DNA from: Gemmatimonadaceae bacterium
GTDB taxonomy: Bacteria > Gemmatimonadota > Gemmatimonadetes > Gemmatimonadales > Gemmatimonadaceae
DNA: 16,959 nucleotides
NCBI GenBank assembly: GCA_044224875.1
Contig: JBGAJQ010000093.1
Location: 1-16,959 of the forward strand
Direction of reading: 5' to 3'
Each line of letters opens with the position of its first letter. Position 1 is the first letter of the stretch. The position numbers and the translations under genes are program-made. This document shows positions 7,726 through 15,802 of this stretch, in pieces. The notes under the pieces are model-generated. The model worked only from the letters and a program-made list of their open reading frames with translations. It did no database searches and had not been told where the DNA came from.

Positions 7726-9861
7726 ATGAAGACGTCACGCAACCGCGACCATCAGCTCGCCGGGGCCCGCCAGCTGCCGCGCAGAGCCCCCCTTCGCACC
7801 GCCCTCGCCCTGCTCGCCCTCCTCGCCTGCTCGAAGGGAGCGGGAAATTCCGACGCGTCAGCACCCAAGACCAACGAGATCCTCTGGGACACCTGGGGCG
7901 TGCCGCACATCTACGCCACCGACGACGCCCACGCCTTCAAAGGGTACGGGTACGCGCAGGCGCAGGCGCACGGCAACCTGCTCATGAAGCTCTACGCCGA
8001 GTCGCGCGGACGCTCGGCGGAGTACTGGGGTGAGAAGTCGATCGCCACCGATCGCTTCGTGCGCACCATGGGCATCCCCAAGCGCGCCGACGAGTGGTAC
8101 GGCAAGCTCCCGCCCGACATGAAGGTGAACCTGGACGCCTTCGCCGACGGCATCAACCAGTACGCGAAGGAGCACCCGGAGGCGATTCCCGACTCGCTCA
8201 AGGTCGTCCTCCCCATCACGCCGCAGGATGTGCTCGCCCATGGCCAGCGTGTGGTGAACTTCCTCTTCATGTTCTTCGATCAGGTTGAACTCCCGCCGAC
8301 GCTGAACAACAACGCGCAGCCCGGCTCCAACATGTGGGCCGTGTCCGCCAAGCGGTCGGCATCTGGGCACCCGCTGTTGTTAGGCAATCCGCACCTGCCC
8401 TGGAACGACCTGTATCTGTTCTTCGAGGCGAACGTCGTCACCCCGGGGCGTAACTTCTACGGCGTTACCCTCGTGGGCTTTCCCGCGCCGGCCCGATCAT
8501 GCGGGTGGCCGGACACGGTGAACACCCGCGACGGCGTGGACGCTCAAGGTAAGCTCGTACCGAGCGAAGGGCGATCATGGATAAGGCCGATGGCGGCGGG
8601 CGACCACGCGTACCGAGCTTCACCGTGAAGACGTTGATGCGGCATCGCGCGCGTCGATACGCTCACAGTGAAGGAATCGGTGCAAGGCCCAGTGATTGAG
8701 CTGCCGGGGAAGGGCGCGGTCGCTATTCGAGTCGCCGGCACCGATGACCCGGGGATGTTCGAGCAGTGGTGGAAGATGGGTGGGGCGAAATCGATGGCCG
8801 AGTTCGAGGGCATCGCGCGTGGCATGCACGTGCCGTATTTCAACATCATGGCCGCGAGTGGTGACGGTCACACGTACTACTTCTTCGGCGGCAAGACGCC
8901 CAGACGTCCTGGCGGGAGCTTCGAGCGCTGGAGCGCGCCGGTGGCCGGCGATTCGTCGGCGTTGGTCTGGAAGGAGTACCTGTCGTACGACGAGCTGCCG
9001 CACCTGCTCGATCCAGCGAGTGGTTGGCTGCAGAATGCCAACGATCCGCCGTGGACCGTGAGCTGGCCGCTCCCCTTCAAGCCCGACTCCTTCGCCCCCT
9101 ATGTGGCGCCGCGCGACATGGCCTTCCGCCCGCAGCGCTCGGCCACCATGCTGCTGTCGGATTCGAACATCACGCTGGACGAGCTCGTGCAGTTCAAACA
9201 CGACACGCACATGCTCCTCGCCGATCGCCTCCTTCCTGAATTGCTCACCGATGCGCGCGCCAACGGCGATGCCGACGCCAAGAAGGCCGCCGACGTCCTG
9301 GAGAAGTGGGATCGACAGGCCAACGCCGATTCGCGCGGCGCCGTGCTCTTTGTGCAATGGGCGGTGGCCATGTATCAGGCGACCAAGGGCAACCCGTTCG
9401 CGCATCCCTGGCGTCTGGACTCGGCAATCACCACGCCGAGTGGCATCGCCAGTGCAAGTCTGGCAGCGAAGGCGTTAGGCGAGGCGGCCAGACAGACGGT
9501 GAAGGCGCATGGTTCCCTCGACGTGCCCTACGGCGACGTGTACCGCCTGCGCTTCGCCGGAAAGGACCTTCCCGGCAACGGCGGTCCGGGTGATCCGCTG
9601 GGGATCTTCCGCGTGGCGTACTACGCCCCTGACAAGGACGGGAAGTCGCACATTGTAGCTGGCGACACGTACTACCAGGCGGTCGAGTTTTCGGACCCGG
9701 TCAAGGCGAAGGTACTAATCGCTTACGGGAACGCGTCGCAGCCGGGGTCAAAGCACGCTGGTGACCAGCTCGAACTATTTGCGAGGAAGGAGATGCGGGA
9801 GGCGTGGCGGACGCGGGGGGAGGTGGAGAAGCATGTGGAGGGGAGGGTGAGTATCCCGTGA
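7726..9861 (+). pseudogene. Penicillin acylase-family (Ntn hydrolase) lipoprotein, interrupted at ~8485-8667 (decay or sequencing/assembly error)
   Basis: Lipobox LALLAC, EILWDTWGVPHIYA, GYAQAQAHG, beta-subunit start GSNMWAVS (Ser codon 8326), GNPHLPW, later NPxSG-like DPASGWLQNANDPPW and YGNASQPGSKHAGDQL. Track ORFs 7600..8628 and 8668..9861 are in the same frame, separated by TGA at 8626 and 8635. Confidence 0.85.
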
Positions 9862-9868
9862 GGAGGGA
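9819..9868 (+). repeat. Direct repeat copy 1: 3' end of the acylase gene
   Basis: GGAGGTGGAGAAGCATGTGGAGGGGAGGGTG-AGTATCCCGTGAGGAGGGA; 45 of 51 aligned positions identical to 15803-15853. Confidence 0.9.
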
Positions 9869-9899
9869 GCCACACCGCTCGTTTGGGAGCGGTGCGGCC
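9869..9899 (+). terminator. Stem-loop after the acylase stop (terminator-like, no U-tract)
   Basis: CACCGCTC (9873-9880) pairs with GAGCGGTG (9887-9894), extendable with GCC/GGC. Confidence 0.5.
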
Positions 9900-9974
9900 C
9901 CTGGTACCGCCATGAGGGCATCAGAAGCGGGCCTCCGCGTCAGAAACTCGCGTCACGACGTCCCACTCACGCGA

Positions 9975-10020
9975 CTTTCGATTTCTTGCTGCTTGAGGCG
10001 CGATCGCTCGGCGCTAGCTT
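9975..10020. promoter_or_regulatory. Putative AraC-family binding site (inverted copy) and promoter of the AraC-family gene
   Basis: 9975-9990 reads AGCAAGAAATCGAAAG on the minus strand (14/16 identical to 10919-10934). TTGAGG (9993-9998), 16 nt, TAGCTT (10015-10020), 7 nt before ATG 10028. Confidence 0.6.
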
Positions 10021-10027
10021 TCAGCGC

Positions 10028-10888
10028 ATGAATCGGGTTGCCCTCGTATTGCAGACGCCTGCCGTAGCGCTCTCCGCCTTCGAACATCCCGCGGGAACCA
10101 CGCACACGGACCCGGACTCGGAGGTCGCGGCGCGCGACTCCATCAATTTCGTCGAAGGCGGAACGTTCGACGTGCACATGGCAAAGCGACGCTGGCAGAT
10201 CGATGCCACCCATCTCTTTGTCGCGGAGCGAGGCATGGAGTTCACGTGCACTCACGATTGCGAGTCGCCGACGGATCGCTGCCTCTGCGTGACGTTCGAG
10301 GAGGGGGCGGTGGAGGATTTGAGGCAGGCAGACATTCCTCGGTTGCGTCCCCCAGTGGTTGAGCTGTCGGCGAGGCACCACTACCTGCGGCATCGCTTGC
10401 GCACGTGCGGCGCTGGCCATGAGATGCGGCTGGAATTGCTGGCGGCCGCCCTCTACGAGTCGCTGGCAGTCCACGAAGCGCCGTTGCGCGTTCCGGCGCA
10501 CGAGCGCGTCACGCCGCTGATGCGCCAGGTTGACCGTGCCGTGGAGTTGATGGAGTCCGACTACGGTCGCGCGCTCACGCTCCGCGACATCGCGTCCGCC
10601 GCCGGCATGAGCCCGTTTCACTTTGCACGCGTTTTCCGTGCGATGGTGGGGGTGCCACCGCATCGCTACCTGACCGCGATTCGGCTGCGTCATGCCGCGC
10701 AGATGATCGGTGCGGGGGCTGGGGTGACGCACACGTGCTACGAGGTCGGCTTCGGCTCGTTGAGTCACTTCGTGACTGCGTTCAAGAAACGGTTCGGGAT
10801 CAACCCCGGGGAGGCGAAGGGCGGCGCCCCCTGTCCTACGTTGCGCTCGTCCCTCCGCGCCCCGCTCTGGTCGGTGCAGCGAGTCTGA
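10028..10888 (+). CDS. AraC-family transcriptional regulator
   Basis: C-terminal double HTH: LTLRDIASAAGMSPFHFARVFRAMVGVPPHRYL...RLRHAAQMI...VTHTCYEVGFGSLSHFVTAFKKRFGINP. N-terminal cupin-like region. ATG 10028 preferred to TTG 9986. Confidence 0.93.
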   Translation: MNRVALVLQTPAVALSAFEHPAGTTHTDPDSEVAARDSINFVEGGTFDVHMAKRRWQIDATHLFVAERGMEFTCTHDCESPTDRCLCVTFEEGAVEDLRQADIPRLRPPVVELSARHHYLRHRLRTCGAGHEMRLELLAAALYESLAVHEAPLRVPAHERVTPLMRQVDRAVELMESDYGRALTLRDIASAAGMSPFHFARVFRAMVGVPPHRYLTAIRLRHAAQMIGAGAGVTHTCYEVGFGSLSHFVTAFKKRFGINPGEAKGGAPCPTLRSSLRAPLWSVQRV

Positions 10889-10918
10889 CCTAACGAGGAA
10901 CGGCCGTCCCGCCAAGAG

Positions 10919-10961
10919 AGCAAGAAACCGGAAGCGTCTGCCACGGGACGCGAGATAGCTT
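10919..10961 (+). promoter_or_regulatory. Putative AraC-activated promoter of the DinB-family gene
   Basis: AGCAAGAAACCGGAAG (10919-10934) abuts the expected -35 position of a TAGCTT -10-like box (10956-10961), the same hexamer as upstream of the regulator. Confidence 0.6.
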
Positions 10962-11013
10962 CACTCCGCGTCAGCCGCATCTCCCTGTCGGCTGCGACTG
11001 GACTTTCTTCGGA

Positions 11014-11445
11014 GTGAACGACCACATGCGCGATGTACTCCTGGCCCGCTGGTCTGAGCTGGCGGACAAGATCGTGACCCTTGCCGACGCGCTTCCGGAT
11101 GCGCAGTACGGCTATCGCCCCGCGGCCGACGTCCGTTCCTTTGCCGATCAACTGCGTCATGTCGCCTTCTGGAACCAATACGCCGGAAAGACGCTCCGTC
11201 ACGAGGCAGCCGATGGAGCGGCAAACGAACTGGCGCCCAAGAGCTATCCAACCAAAGCCAAGATCCTGGCGGCGTTGCGTCAGTCCTTCGACGAAGTCAC
11301 GTCACGGTTGAAGGAGGGAAAGGCCCCGCTGGAGCATGGCGAGATCGACACGCTAGTCTCCTTCATCGAGCACAACGGCGAGCACTATGGCCAACTCGTG
11401 CTGTACCTTCGGCTGAACGGAATCGTCCCGCCGGCCTCACGATAG
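11014..11445 (+). CDS. DinB/YfiT-family putative metalloenzyme
   Basis: YGYRPAADVRSFADQLRHVA and EHNGEHYGQLVLYLRLNGIVPPASR (His triad, typical DinB_2 C-terminus). Start is GTG 11014 or ATG 11026. Confidence 0.92.
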   Translation: MNDHMRDVLLARWSELADKIVTLADALPDAQYGYRPAADVRSFADQLRHVAFWNQYAGKTLRHEAADGAANELAPKSYPTKAKILAALRQSFDEVTSRLKEGKAPLEHGEIDTLVSFIEHNGEHYGQLVLYLRLNGIVPPASR

Positions 11446-11454
11446 CAGAAGGAT

Positions 11455-11486
11455 GAGCGCCGGATCGATGGGCAGATCCGGCGCTC
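11455..11486. terminator. Perfect 12-bp stem-loop between the convergent DinB and YVTN genes
   Basis: GAGCGCCGGATC-gatgggca-GATCCGGCGCTC, no U-tract, followed by GTTAGGC at 11491-11497. Confidence 0.6.
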
Positions 11487-11547
11487 CGCGGTTAGGCATC
11501 GGCATACACACCGCCAACTTGCTCCAGGACGGAACCACCCATTCGAT

Positions 11548-12993
11548 CTATTTCGTGGCGTTGGTGAACTCGATCAGGTGTCCAATGTCGAGCGAGTTGA
11601 AGACGATCGATTGGTCGTTCGCCGTGCAGTTGGTCGGGGGAAACGTCCTGTTTCCCGGTCCAACCTGTGAGTTGAGGCACGACACAGCGTATCCCGCGGG
11701 CGGCTTTGCCATAATGCGCACCCGCGACAACGCATCGAGTGGATTGAACCAGACATCGGTGCAGCCGCCGCTCGGTAGGTCGACCGAGTACTCGTCCTTG
11801 GTGAGCCATGTCGAGCCACCTTTGATGTCGGCGATTACCCGAAAGCGAGTGGACGGCGCGCCGAGGGCGCTGCGGTTGCAAAGCTCGACGTACGCTTTGT
11901 CTGCCGCGCCGGTGTGCGGTCCGAAGGGAGGCGGGCGGTGAGGGCGTGGCACGACGGGGAGCCGGCCGAAGGCAACGCCGAATGGGTTGCTGTTCACCGG
12001 AATGATCGACTCCACCGTGTTGGAGGCCGTGTTGACCACTGCCACGCGTTGCGAGGAGCCGACTGTCACGTACGCCGTCGCCTCGCCCGGCGTCATGGCG
12101 ATGGCGCGCGGGCCCTCGCGGATCGGGATCGTCGCAATTCGTTTGAAGCCGTCGAGTCGGTCAAAGACGGCGACGAGTCCCGAGTCGGGCACCGTGACAT
12201 ACGCCAGGTTGCCGTTAGGCGAGAAGGTCAGATCGTAGGGGCACCCGCCGCCAATGTTCGCATCGAACCAGCGTGCGTTGTTGATGGTCTTGATGAGGGA
12301 CACCGAACCAGAGACGCAGTTCGCGACTCCCACCCAGGCGCCACCCGACGTGACAGCGACACCGATCGGATGGATGCCGACACCGATCGTGGCAATGATG
12401 CTTCGAGAGGATGTCGAGATCACCGATGTGGTGTTGTCGCCAGTGTTCGTGACGTAGGCCGCCGCCCCATTTGGCGTGAACGCGACCTTCCATGGTCCGT
12501 TGCCGACCGGGATGACGTCGACCACGCTATTCGACGTCGTCTCGAAGACCGTGACCGTAGCATCGGACTGCGCCGTGACATACGCAAAGGCGCCGTCAGG
12601 CTGAACGGCGATCCCATAGGGATGCCGTCCGACTCGAATGGTGGCCTCGACCGCATTGGTCGCCGTATTGATCACCGACACGGAGTGATCGCCGATACTC
12701 ACGGCGTACGCGAACGCTCCATCGGGGCGAACGGCAACGCCCATAGGTGCGCGGCCAACCGGGATAGTCGCCACGACGGCACGGGTCGCCGTGTTGATCA
12801 GCGAGACGTTGTCGCTGCCGATATTGGTCACGTACGCGTACACCCCGGTCGTCGCCGGCGCGGCGAAGTCGGCGTCGATTGCCGCCGTGGCCGGAGCGAC
12901 GACGGGCGCCGTGTTGTCCGTGCAGGCACTCACGGCGAACGCGGTCGTCATGCCAACGGCGATTGCTACAAGGGATTCGTGAAAGGGTCGCAT
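11548..12993 (-). CDS. YVTN/YncE-family beta-propeller lipoprotein with C-terminal Cys-containing beta domain
   Basis: ATG 12993 with GGAGAG upstream, lipobox AVSAC, about seven repeats of the type AYVTN...SVINT...IPVG..P.GVA..PDG. The track start at 13404 adds a non-protein-like extension. Confidence 0.9.
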   Translation of the reverse strand: MRPFHESLVAIAVGMTTAFAVSACTDNTAPVVAPATAAIDADFAAPATTGVYAYVTNIGSDNVSLINTATRAVVATIPVGRAPMGVAVRPDGAFAYAVSIGDHSVSVINTATNAVEATIRVGRHPYGIAVQPDGAFAYVTAQSDATVTVFETTSNSVVDVIPVGNGPWKVAFTPNGAAAYVTNTGDNTTSVISTSSRSIIATIGVGIHPIGVAVTSGGAWVGVANCVSGSVSLIKTINNARWFDANIGGGCPYDLTFSPNGNLAYVTVPDSGLVAVFDRLDGFKRIATIPIREGPRAIAMTPGEATAYVTVGSSQRVAVVNTASNTVESIIPVNSNPFGVAFGRLPVVPRPHRPPPFGPHTGAADKAYVELCNRSALGAPSTRFRVIADIKGGSTWLTKDEYSVDLPSGGCTDVWFNPLDALSRVRIMAKPPAGYAVSCLNSQVGPGNRTFPPTNCTANDQSIVFNSLDIGHLIEFTNATK

Positions 12994-13320
12994 GGACACA
13001 CTCTCCCGCCACCGATAGTCCGGCGATGTGCGGATGGCCAGCACACAACGCACGTCTCGCGTCGACTGGCGGGGCTCGATGTGCTGCGGGACCCAGCCGT
13101 CCGACGCGTGCCCGCTCTGGGGAGCGGAGGAAACATGCTGCCGTTGCCGGCCACGCGCGGTCAGCCGGCCCCGCACGCTACGTCCGCCAATCTCCTTATC
13201 GTCCACGAACCGCTCGTCGCTCGACGGCGGCGATCGTCGGGTCGGGTATTCGAGGCCGCTCACGCTGCCCGCCCACGACCGCATGCGCCCGACGCGGGCG
13301 CGGATGCGGGCTGACAGGAA

Positions 13321-13364
13321 TGCGTCATGGCCGACGCATGACGCACGATTGCAAGTCGTTAGGC
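13321..13364 (+). repeat. Hairpin plus attC-like right end (partial)
   Basis: TGCGTCATG-gccgacg-CATGACGCA perfect 9-bp stem (13321-13345), then ATTGCAAGTC-GTTAGGC (core 13358-13364). No matching RYYYAAC found upstream. Confidence 0.35.
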
Positions 13365-13702
13365 CCGGACACCCACCGGCCTGACGTACCACAGCGGCCA
13401 GCACGGGAACATGGGCGTTCTACGTCACCGCCTGCATCGGGAATTGAGACGCTGGCAGCGGGCGTCGAGAAGGCGGTGCGAGTCGTCGGCAAGCTCGCGG
13501 CGGGCGTCGTGATCGCGGTGTGAGTCGCTGGCCCGCTGGGCGGAGGCTCGGCAATCTCGCGTGCATCGATCGGTACGCGTCGTCGGACGGCCCGCACGCT
13601 GGCGGCGGCGACGCCGTCGGCGCGCAGGTCAGCCGCAGCACCGCCGGCGTTCGGCGGCACCCTGTCGTCGGGTCGCATGCCGCGTCCGTGGGACGTCTCT
13701 CA

Positions 13703-13852
13703 GCCGCAACCAGGCGGTGCGCGAGTCACGGCACTCGCTCGCACGGTGAAAGCGATCATTGCGCACGTGCAGAAAGGAGCTCGCACGTGTGCGAAGACGA
13801 CTTCGCCGTCTGCACTACGGTGATGGGCGTAGCTACAATGGGGTCGTTAGGC
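13703..13852 (+). repeat. Long imperfect palindrome, degenerate attC-like site
   Basis: Begins GCCGCAAC and ends GGGGTC-GTTAGGC. The central stem TTGCGCACGTGC / GCACGTGTGCGA (13759-13794) sits at the midpoint and extends imperfectly to ~28 nt per arm. Confidence 0.45.
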
Positions 13853-13884
13853 TTGAGGAGGTGCTTGTTCGCACCTGCAGTATT

Positions 13885-14215
13885 GTCGGACTCGACGTCG
13901 TTTTGGCTAAGGTGCCCCACGGGTGGTGCCGCGATGCGGTTCGTCGCGTTCACTACGCAGCGCGCGGTGAATGATCGGATTCTCGATCGCGTGGGCCTCC
14001 CCGCGAGAGGGGGCGCGGGCTGCCCCGGGGGCCCGCGCGCGCCGCCGAGGGCCAAGCCGCTCGTTCGCGCCAGCGCCCGCCGTCCCAAGCGCGCTCAGCT
14101 CGCTCGTCCCTCGCTCACACGACCCCGGCGCCCGTAGCCGCAGCGTCTCACGCCTTCCGGATAGCGCTGCGTGGCGCCGCGCGAAGTCGCGCGGTGTCCT
14201 CGGAGAGTCCTATCC
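13885..14215 (+). mobile_element. Degenerate IS91/ISCR-family (Y2 rolling-circle) transposase 3' remnant with possible oriIS-like end
   Basis: 13907-14047 translates LRCPTGGAAMRFVAFTTQRAVNDRILDRVGLPA...GPRAPP, matching the CPxCGGxMRIIAFI...ILxHLGLP...RAPP tail of IS91-like transposases; GLDV precedes it in another frame. GAGAGTCCTATCC at 14203-14215 resembles the TTCCTAT oriIS terminus. Confidence 0.6.
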
Positions 14216-14231
14216 CCATACGTTGAACCTG

Positions 14232-14279
14232 AGAGGAACGCCGCCGGGTCTGCACATAGGCTCGGCGGCGTTCGCCTCT
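14232..14279 (-). terminator. Strong stem-loop immediately downstream of the beta-helix gene
   Basis: GAACGCCGCCG (14236-14246) pairs perfectly with CGGCGGCGTTC (14263-14273), with inner and outer extensions; 4 nt from the stop codon at 14284. Confidence 0.65.
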
Positions 14280-14283
14280 TCGG

Positions 14284-15531
14284 CTACGGCGAGACGCTGA
14301 TGTTCACGACATTGGTTGGAACGGCTTCGGCCGGATCGCTCGCGATCTTGCACGTATAGGGAGCTGGAGTCGCGCCGACGATAGCGACCGAGCCTGTATT
14401 GAACATGCCTGCGCGATTGGTTGTGGTGCTGCGAGCGCCCCACGCGCGCACATCCGCTGCCGGAAGCACGACGCCGACCTGACACGTTCCCGCGTTTTGG
14501 TAGTTTCCGCCAAACTTCGGCGAGATCACGCTCATCGCCGCCGTGTTGCTGTTCGCCACGTCGGTCAACGCCGTTGTCGAACCGCCTTCCACGGAAATAC
14601 CTGTGTTGAACGTGAATCCAGGCGGCAGGGCATGCATGTTGTTCTGTATGACCGGGCGCATCAAGGAGGCGCTGACCGTGTTCGACGACGTCATCCCAAC
14701 GCCAGCGGCGATCGCGATGCCGACGCCGCCATCACTCAGTGTGTCATCGGTCGAGACGAGTGAGATGGTCGAGCCTACCGTCACGTTGTTGCCAGCAAAG
14801 ATGCCCTGCCTGTTGTGACTCAGGTTGTTCCGCTCCAGTGTCGCGACGATGACCGCTCCGTTGGCTCCATTCTGATTCACGAATCGGATGCCCGCTCCTG
14901 CATTGACGAGGTTGTCGTGCAGGTGTGAGTCGCGCACCGCTATGACCATGATACGACCTGCTTGAGCGCTACCGGCATTGCGCGCATCGAGTCCGCGACG
15001 GTTGCCGTACGAATCGACATGCGACAGCGTGATATTGGGCGGATAGATTGAGGTCAGGTCCGTCTCAATCGCGGCGACGCCCGCCGAGTTTCGAACCGTG
15101 AGCCATTCCAGCGTTTGCGTACCTCGACCCAGGCGGATCGCCCCAGTCGTTGCGGCCCCCGTGTTGTTCGGGTCGAACGAAGGCCCAGGGAGGGCGGACG
15201 CATCGATGATGACGGCCGTTGGGTTGTTCTGCACGCCGCGAATGGACATCCCGTTTTGCGGCTCGAGGCGACCGGCGTTAGGCTTGCTGGGATTGAGAGA
15301 ATAGGTCCCCGCCGTCAATTGCAGAGTGGCGCCGGCGAAGTTGGGATCGTTGACGTACTTGTACAGCGTGTCGATGTTGGAAATGGTTACGACCACTCCA
15401 GATACGACGCTGTTGGCAATTGTCGGCGTGCCCATGGGGATTCCGGCCGGGGCGGTAGGTTCACGACTACAAGCGGCGAGAAGTGCCGTGACCAGGGGTA
15501 CCGCCCACGTGGTGCGTCGAATGATGCGCAT
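14284..15531 (-). CDS. Secreted lipoprotein with probable right-handed beta-helix (pectin lyase-like) fold
   Basis: ATG 15531 with GGAG 6 nt upstream, lipobox LLAAC, ATLQLTAGTY and SIRG...VIIDA N-terminal motifs, Asn/Gly-rich repeats (YGNRRGL, HDNLVNAGAGI, SHNRQGI, IQNN). Confidence 0.8.
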   Translation of the reverse strand: MRIIRRTTWAVPLVTALLAACSREPTAPAGIPMGTPTIANSVVSGVVVTISNIDTLYKYVNDPNFAGATLQLTAGTYSLNPSKPNAGRLEPQNGMSIRGVQNNPTAVIIDASALPGPSFDPNNTGAATTGAIRLGRGTQTLEWLTVRNSAGVAAIETDLTSIYPPNITLSHVDSYGNRRGLDARNAGSAQAGRIMVIAVRDSHLHDNLVNAGAGIRFVNQNGANGAVIVATLERNNLSHNRQGIFAGNNVTVGSTISLVSTDDTLSDGGVGIAIAAGVGMTSSNTVSASLMRPVIQNNMHALPPGFTFNTGISVEGGSTTALTDVANSNTAAMSVISPKFGGNYQNAGTCQVGVVLPAADVRAWGARSTTTNRAGMFNTGSVAIVGATPAPYTCKIASDPAEAVPTNVVNISVSP

Positions 15532-15802
15532 GAGATTCTCCGGAGAGAGAGTGATCGACGCGCCCGGTCCGTGGGGGGCTGTGGAGCCCCGCTGGGAGAT
15601 CGCGAATCGCGCCGCACCCAAGCGCGCGTCTAGTGATCAGAGCCTAACGCGGAGGTGTCTCCTAGCTATCTCGCAGAACATGTCAGGCAAGGACACGGCG
15701 CGGAGACGGTGGCCGGGGAGCATGTGACGAACAAGGGACGCAGGAGTGACGTGAGAAGGGGGGCCAATTTTGATGGCGGTCCCAAGCGTGTGAAGGCCGT
15801 GC

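Noticed and set aside
11950..12850. Periodic nucleotide similarity resembling a tandem repeat or CRISPR array
   Set aside because: Explained by ~42-aa YVTN propeller repeats; there are no identical repeats with unique spacers and no cas genes.
11914..13314. 466-aa plus-strand ORF and other long antisense ORFs (e.g. 8620..9405, 9953..10915)
   Set aside because: Antisense shadows of real GC-rich genes; Arg/Asp/Gly-rich and without motifs.
12994..13702. Short ORFs in the gene-free stretch (13028..13384, 13325..13678, 13420..13641, 12879..13523)
   Set aside because: Low-complexity Arg/Pro/Ala translations with no RBS or family motif. A decayed small gene near 13400-13700 cannot be excluded but is not supportable.
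8379..15283. GTTAGGC heptamers at 8379, 9474, 12214 and 15277, and ACCTAAC near 4109 and 10888, as attC cores
   Set aside because: They lie within or at the end of coding sequence with no partner palindrome; best explained as chance codon combinations.
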